This document shows positions 28,250 to 37,590 of a DNA stretch of 64,000 nucleotides, one piece after another. The DNA comes from an uncultured Chitinophagales bacterium. Its GTDB lineage: Bacteria > Bacteroidota > Rhodothermia > Balneolales > HLUCCA01. The position numbers were made by a program, and so were the translations under genes. The stretch lies in NCBI GenBank assembly GCA_964509715.1, contig CAZDYD010000004.1, positions 952 to 64,951 on the forward strand, written 5' to 3'. Positions within the stretch are counted from its first letter, which is position 1. Each line of letters starts with the position of its first letter. The notes beneath the pieces were generated by a model. The model saw only the letters and a list, made by a program, of their open reading frames with translations, did not search any database and was not told the origin of the DNA.

Positions 28250-28807
28250 TCAGAATTTTAGAACATATACGAATGCAGGCGGCATGTTTCGCATAACAAA
28301 GTGTTTTTCTACACAGTGCTTGCGGTTCACTGCGCGCTCAAAGGTGCCGCGAATGAAATTAAACTTGTAGTATTTAAAGTAGGTCAGATAAGCGTTCGGT
28401 TTCAACAAATCCAATTGTTTTTGCCAAATCTGTGTCGAAATATCCTGAGGTAGCTGGTCATATGGAATACTGGATACAATAAAATCATAGGTATGACCCG
28501 GGTTGAAATCCAACACATTCATTCCAAACACATGAATATTCGGTCCCACATACGAACTCTTGATTTGTTTGTATAAAACAGTGTCAAGCTCAACAATGTC
28601 GAAGGTGTCCTGCGGACGTAACAGATCACAGATCTGACTGGTTATGGGTCCGGTGCCGGGTCCAAGCTCCAGGATTCGTAGTGGACGATCGCTCTTCTTG
28701 ACCACTTTTCGTAGAGGTTGTGTCATTTCGTGGGCAAGAAAAGGGGAACTCGGAGCAACTGCACCAATATGTTTGATATGCCTTATGAAATGTACAAGAT
28801 TTAACAA
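28250..28807 (-). CDS. SAM-dependent methyltransferase, phospholipid N-methyltransferase (PmtA)-like
   Basis: GAVAPSSPFLA, LELGPGTGPIT, IVSSIPY, RNMPPA. Confidence 0.8.
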   Translation of the reverse strand: MLNLVHFIRHIKHIGAVAPSSPFLAHEMTQPLRKVVKKSDRPLRILELGPGTGPITSQICDLLRPQDTFDIVELDTVLYKQIKSSYVGPNIHVFGMNVLDFNPGHTYDFIVSSIPYDQLPQDISTQIWQKQLDLLKPNAYLTYFKYYKFNFIRGTFERAVNRKHCVEKHFVMRNMPPAFVYVLKF

Positions 28808-28973
28808 GCGAATTCCTCATTTGACCCGAAAACAACCGAAACCACACATAGTGTATGTGCAATCCGGACTATCATTATAGCGAATTCAAGCTCAATCAAC
28901 AATTTTTTTAACGAATTTGTATGCAAAAAAATATTATCATCATACCGTGTCGTTTAACCAAATCAAACCTACC

Positions 28974-31088
28974 ATGAAAAAAATTACATATTTAATGCTT
29001 TTTGCATTTTTAGTTTCGTGTAGCCGTGATACAACATTTGAGTATCCGGTATTCCCTCAATCCGATGTTGTAGATGATTATCATGGAACACTCGTAGCAG
29101 ATCCATGGCGCTGGCTTGAGGACCCCAATAGTCAGCAAACGAACGACTGGATCGCTGCACAAAATGCGGTCACTATGCCCTACTTAGAGTCGCTACCGGG
29201 CAGGGACATACTGAAAAATCGTCTGACCGAGTTGTGGAACTTCCCACGGTATAGTGCGCCATCACGTCACGGTGATCTATATTTCTACTACTACAATGAC
29301 GGTCTACAAAATCAATCCGTACTTTTTAAACAGACTGATCTTGATGGCGAGGCAGAGGTCCTGATCGATCCAAATACATTCTCTGAGGATGGGACAGTCA
29401 GTATGAGTTCGGTAGCATTCAGCTCAGAAGCTACTTATATGGCCTATGCGAAATCTGTCGGCGGATCCGATTGGAGAGAATTCTTTGTTCGTAATGTCAC
29501 CACCGGAGAAGATCTTTCCGACCACATTCAATGGGTCAAATTTTCCGGTGTCTCATGGGACAAAAAAGAGGAAGGATTCTATTACAGTAGATTTCCACAA
29601 CCTGCTGAAGGCGAGCTCCTCACCGCACCCAATCGCAATATGAAATTGTATTACCATAAGCTGGGTACCTCACAAGAGGAAGATATCCTGGTCTACGAGC
29701 GTCCAGATCAACCTGATTGGGGACTTTACGGCACTGTCACAGACGATGGACAATACCTCATTATCAACATCACCCAAGGCACTGATCCAAGAAACCGCGT
29801 TTATTACAAAGATCTGACTCGTGCCAACAGTCGTGTGTTGCCATTGATGGATGCGTTTGATGCAAGCTACAGCTTCATCACAAACGAAGGATCCACTTTT
29901 TACTTTAGAACCAACAACGATGCACCGAAATATCGCGTGATATCTGTTGAAGCCAGCCGTCCACAGCCCGCGAATTGGTCAACAGTGATACCCGAACGGG
30001 AAAGTGTCCTCAACGGTATTTCGGTAGTTGCCAATCGATTTGTTGCCAATTATCTGACTGATGCGCGATCTGAAGTATTCGTTTATGCAATGAACGGTAC
30101 GTTTGAACGAGAAATTGAATTACCAACCATCGGAACAGCAAGTGGTTTCTCCGGACGTAAACAAGACTCCGAAATGTTCTATAGTTTTGCGTCATTCACT
30201 TACCCATCAACGATATTTCGGTATGATTTCGAATCAAACGAGAGTACGGTTTTCAGAGCATCCGAAATTGATTTTAATCCAGATGATTTCGAAACCAAAC
30301 AGGTATTCTACGAGAGCAAAGATGGTACCACTGTACCGATGTTTATTACCCACAAGAAAGGTTTAAAGCTTGACGGTTCAAATCCGACCTATTTGTACGG
30401 GTATGGAGGATTCAATATCTCAATGCCACCGTCGTTCAGTGTGGGGAATATCGTGTGGCTTGAGCAGGGTGGCGTCTATGCTTTACCGAACATACGTGGA
30501 GGCGGTGAATACGGAAGGGAATGGCATCTTGCTGGCACCAAAGAGCGTAAACAAAATGTATTCGATGACTTTATCGCTGCTGGTGAATTCCTGGTCTCTG
30601 AGGGTTATACCTCCCCATCAAAACTTGCCATTGGAGGTGGATCGAACGGAGGTCTGTTGGTCGCTGCCACTATGATTCAGCGTCCTGATCTATTCGCTGC
30701 CGCGATACCGGCTGTTGGAGTACTCGACATGCTTAGATATCACAAATTTACCATTGGATGGGCGTGGGCCAGTGACTATGGAACCAGTGAAGATGCAGAA
30801 GGATTCGAGTATCTGTTTGCATATTCACCACTTCATAATCTCCAGGAGGGTGTACGATATCCGAGTACACTCATCACCACGGCTGATCGCGATGACAGGG
30901 TTGTACCTGCCCATAGTTTCAAATTCGCTGCGGAGCTTCAGCAGAAACATGGTGGTAATAATCCGGTACTCATTCGTATCGAAACAAATGCCGGGCACGG
31001 AGCCGGTAAGCCAACATCTATGGTTATCGAAGAGCTTGCAGACCGTTGGGCGTTTCTGGCGAAAGAGTTGGGACTGAGAATCAGATAA
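28974..31088 (+). CDS. Prolyl oligopeptidase (S9A), lipoprotein; start taken at ATG 28974
   Basis: DPWRWLED; beta-propeller region; GGSNGGLL; DDRVVPAHS; AGHGAGK; lipobox LVS-C. Confidence 0.95.
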   Translation: MKKITYLMLFAFLVSCSRDTTFEYPVFPQSDVVDDYHGTLVADPWRWLEDPNSQQTNDWIAAQNAVTMPYLESLPGRDILKNRLTELWNFPRYSAPSRHGDLYFYYYNDGLQNQSVLFKQTDLDGEAEVLIDPNTFSEDGTVSMSSVAFSSEATYMAYAKSVGGSDWREFFVRNVTTGEDLSDHIQWVKFSGVSWDKKEEGFYYSRFPQPAEGELLTAPNRNMKLYYHKLGTSQEEDILVYERPDQPDWGLYGTVTDDGQYLIINITQGTDPRNRVYYKDLTRANSRVLPLMDAFDASYSFITNEGSTFYFRTNNDAPKYRVISVEASRPQPANWSTVIPERESVLNGISVVANRFVANYLTDARSEVFVYAMNGTFEREIELPTIGTASGFSGRKQDSEMFYSFASFTYPSTIFRYDFESNESTVFRASEIDFNPDDFETKQVFYESKDGTTVPMFITHKKGLKLDGSNPTYLYGYGGFNISMPPSFSVGNIVWLEQGGVYALPNIRGGGEYGREWHLAGTKERKQNVFDDFIAAGEFLVSEGYTSPSKLAIGGGSNGGLLVAATMIQRPDLFAAAIPAVGVLDMLRYHKFTIGWAWASDYGTSEDAEGFEYLFAYSPLHNLQEGVRYPSTLITTADRDDRVVPAHSFKFAAELQQKHGGNNPVLIRIETNAGHGAGKPTSMVIEELADRWAFLAKELGLRIR

Positions 31089-31109
31089 GATTCAATTACG
31101 TACATTGTT

Positions 31110-31282
31110 GCAAATCCTGGCCATCAGCTCAGATACAAGCTCGTGCTTGGATTTTGCTAACATGTTCAATGTAATGCAACTCCGTCGTTTTCTGGCGGGG
31201 TGATGATTGTTCCAAGCTTTGCTAACATGTGCACTAAGTTGTAAACCCTGAAGGGGTTCGATTTTGATCGAACCCCTTTTTT
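31110..31282 (+). ncRNA. Candidate structured RNA/3'-UTR element with duplicated 13-mer and two short ORFs
   Basis: TTTGCTAACATGT at 31153-31165 and 31218-31230; several complementary segments; ends in a strong terminator. Confidence 0.4.
31251..31282 (+). terminator. Intrinsic terminator
   Basis: AAGGGGTTCGAT-TTTG-ATCGAACCCCTT followed by TTTT. Confidence 0.9.
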
Positions 31283-31358
31283 ATTGAAACAATATGATAG
31301 ATTAGTCGTAGTATAACCAATTCAGAAGTCGATTAATTTGTAATAATTTCGTCCACAC

Positions 31359-32585
31359 ATGGTCAGACGCAGCTTGTTTGAAGGATTTAAAATCGCATGG
31401 GCCTCTTTGTGGGCCAATAAAATGCGAGCATTTCTAACCACTTTCGGTATCGTAATTGGTATTGTGTCCGTTACGACTATGGCCACGCTAATCGATGGGG
31501 TGAATCGTGGATTTGAATCCAGTTTGAACATGTTAGGTCAGAATGTGCTGTACGTCCAAAAATGGCCATGGGGTTTTGGAGGACAGTACAATTGGTGGGA
31601 GTATATTAACCGTCGCGAAATGGAAGTCAGATATGCTGAACAAATCGAAGACATGTCTGAAACAGTTGAAGCCGTAGCGGCTATGATGTACGCCCGCACT
31701 ACAGCCACATTTGAATCTGAAGTAGTTGAACGAGTCGACGTGCGAGGTGTATCCACATCCTACATTATAACTGGAGCCATTGAGATAGCCGACGGACGTT
31801 TTTTCACAGAAGAAGAGAACAGAGCCGCCAGAAGTGTCACAGTAATTGGTCATGGCGTTGCCGAAGCCCTATTCGGTGAACGTGAGGCCGTAGGACGGAC
31901 GATCCGGGCAATGGGTCAGCGATTTGAAGTGATAGGCGTGATGGAGGAACAAGGTAACTTCCTCGGGCTTGAGAGTTTTGATAACCAAATTATTATACCC
32001 ATCCAGACCTACGGACGAATTTATGGATTTCGGCGGGGAGTGCAGCTACAGGTCAAGTTTGCGAATGAAGAACTACTCCAGCAAGGGGAGTATGAGGTGG
32101 AAGGCGTCATGAGGCGAATTCGCCGACTGGAACCCGGACAACCCAACGATTTTGCGATCAATAAACTGGATATGTTCCGGCAACAATACAAAGTCATGAC
32201 CGGCGCTATCTACGCAATTGGCTACTTTCTTACGGCGTTGGCGCTGTTCATTGGTGGAATCGGTGTTATGAATATCATGTTCGTCTCCGTTAAAGAAAGA
32301 ACCAAAGAAGTTGGTATCAGAAAAGCCATTGGTGCAAAATCCAGCGAAATACTTTATCAGTTTCTGGTTGAATCTGTGGTTATATGTGCCTTTGGAGGGT
32401 TGATAGGTGTCATATTCTCGGTAGGGACATCCTATTTGGTCAACCAGTTTTTTGTCGCTTATATGGACTGGACTACGGTGCTTTGGGCCTTCATCATTTG
32501 TACAATTGTCGGAGTAACATTCGGATTTTTACCTGCATATAAGGCAGCCAAAGCCGATCCAATTGAATCACTTCGCTACGAATAA
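31359..32585 (+). CDS. MacB/FtsX-type ABC transporter permease
   Basis: NKMRAFLTTFGIVIGIVSV; GGIGVMNIMFVSVKERTKEVGIRKAIGA; DPIESLRYE. Confidence 0.93.
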   Translation: MVRRSLFEGFKIAWASLWANKMRAFLTTFGIVIGIVSVTTMATLIDGVNRGFESSLNMLGQNVLYVQKWPWGFGGQYNWWEYINRREMEVRYAEQIEDMSETVEAVAAMMYARTTATFESEVVERVDVRGVSTSYIITGAIEIADGRFFTEEENRAARSVTVIGHGVAEALFGEREAVGRTIRAMGQRFEVIGVMEEQGNFLGLESFDNQIIIPIQTYGRIYGFRRGVQLQVKFANEELLQQGEYEVEGVMRRIRRLEPGQPNDFAINKLDMFRQQYKVMTGAIYAIGYFLTALALFIGGIGVMNIMFVSVKERTKEVGIRKAIGAKSSEILYQFLVESVVICAFGGLIGVIFSVGTSYLVNQFFVAYMDWTTVLWAFIICTIVGVTFGFLPAYKAAKADPIESLRYE

Positions 32586-32596
32586 TAGAATCGATC

Positions 32597-33814
32597 ATGA
32601 ACATTTCAGAGATTTTTAGAATTGCTATCTCGTCGTTGGGTGAAAACAAACTCAGGTCATCACTGACTCTTTTCGCCATAGTAATAGGAGTATTTGCCGT
32701 AATATCTGCCTCCACTGCGGTAAAGGTGATCGATACCTATTTTAAGGAAACTCTAACACTGATGGGGGGATCTGTAATAAATATCAGTACCCGTCCGGTG
32801 GTGAACATGGGCAACGACAGTTTCAGAAACAGAAAGATCATCACTTTCAGACAATATGAAGAGCTCCGGGAGCGCACGACGTTGGGTCGATTCATGAGTC
32901 CGGATGTGAGATTCAGCTTTACAAAAATTGAGGCTGAGGGCAAATCTACAAATCCGGATGTCCTGGTCTACGGCGGCAATGAGTATTGGATGGCTAATAA
33001 TGCTTATGAAATCGAAGAAGGTCGGGACCTGATTCTGGATGATGTATTGAATAACCGTCCGGTCGCCATCATAGGAGAAGACGTCAGGACGGCATTGTTC
33101 GATAGATCGTCACCTATTGGTCAGACCATCCGCATCGACGGACAATCCTATCTGGTTGTTGGATTGGCTAAAGCAAAGGGTACAGCATTTGGTGAATCGC
33201 TCGATAAATTTGTAATGGCACCCTACACCCGATTGTCAAATGTTTATGGGTCTGAAAGAAATGTAGCCATTATGGTTCAGGCGCCAGATTTTATGCTTAT
33301 CAATGAAACCATTGACGAGCTAACCGGACTATTCAGGGTAATCAGAGGCGTAGATCCCGGTGATCCCAATGACTTTGAGATTGCCACGAATGAATCTCTT
33401 CGAGGCACTTTTGATAGTTTTACAGGCATACTGCTGATCTTTGGACTCGTCGTGGGGGGCATTTCCTTATTAGGTGCCGGAATTGGAGTAATGAATATCA
33501 TGTTGGTATCTGTAACCGAACGAACCAAAGAAATCGGTATACGAAAATCGATCGGGGCAACCAGAAAAGCGATTGTCCAACAGTTTCTCCTGGAGACCAT
33601 AGTCATCTGTCAGATAGGCGGTATACTGGGTATCGTAGTGGGAGTGTTGGGAGGAAACCTGTTATCATTAAGTATGGAGACCGGGTTCGTGATGCCCTGG
33701 GGAGCTATAATTACCGGTGTATTGAGCATGACTGCTATTGGTCTGGTCTTCGGTGTTTATCCTGCACGGGTAGCGGCTGATCTCGATCCGATCGAATGTC
33801 TTCGATACGAATAA
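32597..33814 (+). CDS. MacB/FtsX-type ABC transporter permease (second paralogue)
   Basis: NKLRSSLTLFAIVIGVFAV; GIGVMNIMLVSVTERTKEIGIRKSIGA; DPIECLRYE. Confidence 0.93.
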   Translation: MNISEIFRIAISSLGENKLRSSLTLFAIVIGVFAVISASTAVKVIDTYFKETLTLMGGSVINISTRPVVNMGNDSFRNRKIITFRQYEELRERTTLGRFMSPDVRFSFTKIEAEGKSTNPDVLVYGGNEYWMANNAYEIEEGRDLILDDVLNNRPVAIIGEDVRTALFDRSSPIGQTIRIDGQSYLVVGLAKAKGTAFGESLDKFVMAPYTRLSNVYGSERNVAIMVQAPDFMLINETIDELTGLFRVIRGVDPGDPNDFEIATNESLRGTFDSFTGILLIFGLVVGGISLLGAGIGVMNIMLVSVTERTKEIGIRKSIGATRKAIVQQFLLETIVICQIGGILGIVVGVLGGNLLSLSMETGFVMPWGAIITGVLSMTAIGLVFGVYPARVAADLDPIECLRYE

Positions 33815-33882
33815 ATTTTACATAACCAATCACATCGAAATACGTCTAAGAACGTAACATTTCAGAATAACAAATCAGTATT

Positions 33883-35265
33883 ATGGCACAGCATTCAAAC
33901 AAACGCACGTTCATTATCATAGGCATAGGTATCGTACTCTTCGTAGGATTCGGAATACTTGCCAGAACCATGGGGTGGCTCGGTGATGAATCCGGTTTAC
34001 TGGTCGAAACCGGTAAATCAGAAAGAAAAACAATCACTCAGTTGGTCTCTGCATCAGGCGTGATAAGTCCAGAGGTTGAAGTTGTGCTTACACCTGACGT
34101 AAGTGGTGAAATTATTCAGCTTACTGTCAAAGAAGGTGATTTTGTGAACCAGGGTGATCTGCTATTGCGTATCCGTCCTGACATTTATCAGGCCCGAATC
34201 GATGAGATCCAGGCTGCATTACTAAATGCAAAAGCCCGTGAGCAACAGGCTCTTGCCGGGATGCTTCGATCAAAGCTGAATTACGAGAAACAAAAGGAAC
34301 TGTATGAGCGTAACGTAATCCCTGAAATGGAATATGTTACGGCAAAAACACAATTCGATGCGGATGAAGCTAATTACAATGCTTCAAGATTCAGTGTTCA
34401 AAGCGCTGAAGCCTCGTTGCGTCAGGCCCAGGAAGAACTTCGCAAAACCGTGATCCGAGCCCCGATCAGTGGTACCATCAGCAGACTAAATGTTGAGACC
34501 GGTGAAAGGGTTGTAGGAAGTGTTCAAATGGCGGGTACCGAAATCATGCGAATCGCACGATTGGAGCAAATGGAAGTTGAAGTACGTGTCAACGAGAACG
34601 ACATTGTTAAAGTGTCAGTAGGAGACACAACGCGAATTCTGGTGGATGCATATTCGGGACGTAATTTCAGCGGAGTTGTAACAGAAATCGCTAATTCGGC
34701 CATTAGACGGGGTGAAGGAACGACTGAGCAGATTTCCGAGTATGTGGTGAAAGTTCGGATTACGACCCCACACAATCTTAATGCAAGTCCTGAGTTGATG
34801 AGGCGAGCTGCCGTTGAAGAATTATCCGGTAGTGAGCGTGCTCCTGATTTTAAACCAGGCATGTCGGCAACGGTTGATATTGAAACCCATACCGAGTATA
34901 ACGTGGTCGCCGTTCCAATCCAGGCCGTCACGGTTCGTGACTTCGCCACACTGAACCGTACTTCAAGAGGTGGTTCCACATCAGATGATACATCAGAAGA
35001 AACCTCAGAGAATGATGAGTCTGTTGAAGTCATAGAGGCATCATCAACAGATACTACAACCGGTGTGCGCCGTGAAGATATCCGTCGAGTTGTGTTTATA
35101 GTGGATGGTGATAAAACCACCATGGTTGAGGTTGAGACAGGTATCAATGACGATTCACACATCCAGATATTACGTGGAATTGACGAGGGGGCCGAAATTG
35201 TAACAGGTAACTATCGTCTGTTGTCAAGACAGCTCAAGGACGGAGATAAGATCAGGAAGAATTGA
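33883..35265 (+). CDS. Efflux periplasmic adaptor (MacA/HlyD family)
   Basis: N-terminal TM; lipoyl motifs VKEGDFVNQGDLL and IRAPISGTI; VNENDIVKVSVG; FKPGMSATVDI. Confidence 0.93.
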   Translation: MAQHSNKRTFIIIGIGIVLFVGFGILARTMGWLGDESGLLVETGKSERKTITQLVSASGVISPEVEVVLTPDVSGEIIQLTVKEGDFVNQGDLLLRIRPDIYQARIDEIQAALLNAKAREQQALAGMLRSKLNYEKQKELYERNVIPEMEYVTAKTQFDADEANYNASRFSVQSAEASLRQAQEELRKTVIRAPISGTISRLNVETGERVVGSVQMAGTEIMRIARLEQMEVEVRVNENDIVKVSVGDTTRILVDAYSGRNFSGVVTEIANSAIRRGEGTTEQISEYVVKVRITTPHNLNASPELMRRAAVEELSGSERAPDFKPGMSATVDIETHTEYNVVAVPIQAVTVRDFATLNRTSRGGSTSDDTSEETSENDESVEVIEASSTDTTTGVRREDIRRVVFIVDGDKTTMVEVETGINDDSHIQILRGIDEGAEIVTGNYRLLSRQLKDGDKIRKN

Positions 35266-35338
35266 TTTTTGCTCAGGCGCCTTGTACGACATCCATCAAT
35301 ACTGAAGATAATCCTGCAAGAGGAGTCTAAGGTCTTGC

Positions 35339-36187
35339 TCAGGAGCCTTGAACTACATCCAATAGTACTTCGACGATCGATCTTCTGATTTGGTCGTCGG
35401 AGGCTTGGTAGGCGTTATACAGATTCCGCAGACTCCGGTTCAGCATATCCAGCGGAGTAGATCTGTTGAAGTATTCCTGCTCCGGACGGATGTTGTTTTT
35501 CTTCAGAAAGTTCAGACATTCTTCAACCGAGACGGGTCTGCCTCCATTGTATGGATCCAGATATACTACTTGAGCATCAAAATCATATCTCATCAGGAAA
35601 TGGATAGGCATGTTGACGCCACTAAATGGTAACTCCAATCTTCTGGCCAGAAACAATACGATAAGTGTCAACGATAGGGGAATCCCTTCTCTTCCATCCA
35701 AAACACTACTAAGCTGTATTTGAGTTGATGTGAAATCAGGTTTGGCTGGTGGACGAAATCCATGTGTCTGAAAAACGTGGTACAACAGCAATTCCATTTG
35801 TTTCACAGGCTGCAGAGTGTACAAAATCTCAGCTTGGATTTCACTGGCCATGAAATTGAGTTTGCGGATATAAATCTCTTCCCGAATTGTCGGATTTTCT
35901 ATCCGGCACAAAAGTAGGATCGCTTTTTCCAGATCTTCAATTGAAACGATGCCACGATCCAGAATATCCAGAAACTCATGCTGGATCGAAGGTAACGTAA
36001 GATTGAGTAATGTGTCATCCAGAACCTTGCGTTTCGCTGGATCTTTGGTCGATGCTCTGACCTCGTCTATTAGCGGAATCGCACTATAACTCAGCGTATT
36101 GAATCGATCCAACACCGACGATCTCACAAACTCATCGGGATCGTCGAGCAAGTAGACAAGTGATAGGATTTCTGATTTTGATGCCAT
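35339..36187 (-). CDS. SirB1/transglutaminase-like (Transglut_core2) protein; start taken at ATG 36187
   Basis: GIPLSLTLIVLFLARRLELPFSGVNMPIHF, YLDPYNGG, RSLRNL. Confidence 0.85.
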   Translation of the reverse strand: MASKSEILSLVYLLDDPDEFVRSSVLDRFNTLSYSAIPLIDEVRASTKDPAKRKVLDDTLLNLTLPSIQHEFLDILDRGIVSIEDLEKAILLLCRIENPTIREEIYIRKLNFMASEIQAEILYTLQPVKQMELLLYHVFQTHGFRPPAKPDFTSTQIQLSSVLDGREGIPLSLTLIVLFLARRLELPFSGVNMPIHFLMRYDFDAQVVYLDPYNGGRPVSVEECLNFLKKNNIRPEQEYFNRSTPLDMLNRSLRNLYNAYQASDDQIRRSIVEVLLDVVQGS

Positions 36188-36343
36188 GTTCAAAGATATT
36201 AAGACATCGGGGAAAAGAGAATCGAAAAGATAACGTATATTAGGCCTTTGAACCGCGATAAAAATGAGAGATTTATTAACCGTCAGGTATCGTAAACTCA
36301 ACGCCGATGTTTAATTTGTACCGCGACAATAATGAGAGATATT

Positions 36344-37573
36344 ATGCAGATACAAGTCACGTCAGAAACAGCCCGACTGAATGGGGTAATTGTCCACACT
36401 CCCGGACATGAGGTGTCACTCGTACATCCTGAAATCAAGCAGGAATTGCTTTTCGATGACATCATTTTCGAATCGCAGGCAGCTAAAGAGCACCGCGATA
36501 TGCTCGAGGTATTCCAGGTGGCCATGCCATCCGGTGGACAGGTATTTGAAATTGTCGATCTGATTGTGGAGGCGTTCGAACAGCCTGACGCCCGTGAACT
36601 TTTCATTGATAAACTTCTCAAACGCCACCCTGACCGACTTGTCATAAAACAGTTCAGAAATGAACTTATTGACCTCACACCGGTTTCATTATGTAATTTT
36701 GCCATCCATGGTGTCACTCCTGAAATACGTGGACTCCGGATGCATCCCTCACCCAATATTCTGTTTACCCGCGATCTTGCCGCTGTCCTTGGCACCCATA
36801 TCGTCCTGTCGAGTGCTGCCAAAGTAGCCCGAATTCGGGAATCCATCCTGATGGATGTGCTAATTCGCTTCCATCCGATGTTTGCAAGTGTCCGTAATCG
36901 GACAATCAGGATTCCGGACGCCGATACCATTGAAGGCGGAGATATTTTGATCGCTTCAGAGGATGTGGTTTTGATTGGGATGAGTGAGCGCACATCGTTT
37001 AGTGGGGTCATGTCTGCCGGCCGATCTATTCTGGAATGTGGTTTTCGGGAAGTGTTGATCGTCGACATCCCAAAGCAACGTTCATCCATGCACTTGGATA
37101 CGATTTTTACTTTTTCAAGTCCGAACGAATGCGTCGCTTTTCCACCTGCGATCATGGACCGAGCCGATAATGTGGTAGCATTGACCATGCAAGACGGACG
37201 TGTAGTAACAGATCTGAAAAATTCATTACACGCCGCTTTGGAGGAGGCGCTTCAACGTGATATGACTTTTATCAAATGTGGTGGTGATGATGAAGTAATG
37301 CAATTAAGAGAGCAATGGAGTGATGGTGCAAATTTGTTTGCTCTTGCCCCGGGTGTAGTTGTTGGATATGAACGAAATGTGCGTACATTTGAAACGATGA
37401 GGGAACACGGATATGCTATAATGAATCAATATGAATTTATTGATAAGTACAAAGACTCAGGGTTTAACCCAACCGGTTCAGAAAAGATAGCCATCAGCTT
37501 TTTAGGGCATGAATTATGCAGAGGTCGTGGTGGTGCACGTTGTATGACATTGCCGGTCAGTCGAATCGGATAA
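36344..37573 (+). CDS. arcA: Arginine deiminase family protein
   Basis: Catalytic set present: NILFTRD, IEGGD, MHLDT, ELCRGRGGARCM. Confidence 0.88.
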   Translation: MQIQVTSETARLNGVIVHTPGHEVSLVHPEIKQELLFDDIIFESQAAKEHRDMLEVFQVAMPSGGQVFEIVDLIVEAFEQPDARELFIDKLLKRHPDRLVIKQFRNELIDLTPVSLCNFAIHGVTPEIRGLRMHPSPNILFTRDLAAVLGTHIVLSSAAKVARIRESILMDVLIRFHPMFASVRNRTIRIPDADTIEGGDILIASEDVVLIGMSERTSFSGVMSAGRSILECGFREVLIVDIPKQRSSMHLDTIFTFSSPNECVAFPPAIMDRADNVVALTMQDGRVVTDLKNSLHAALEEALQRDMTFIKCGGDDEVMQLREQWSDGANLFALAPGVVVGYERNVRTFETMREHGYAIMNQYEFIDKYKDSGFNPTGSEKIAISFLGHELCRGRGGARCMTLPVSRIG

Positions 37574-37590
37574 TTTCAATCAGGAGAACT

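Noticed and set aside
34524-35162. 212-aa antisense ORF
   Set aside because: Fully opposite the well-supported efflux adaptor; Ser/Thr-rich shadow.
35745-35752. E. coli Chi octamer GCTGGTGG
   Set aside because: A single noticed occurrence in 64 kb is consistent with chance, and Chi is lineage-specific.
36298-37188. 296-aa antisense ORF
   Set aside because: Opposite arginine deiminase, which has intact catalytic motifs; no motifs of its own.
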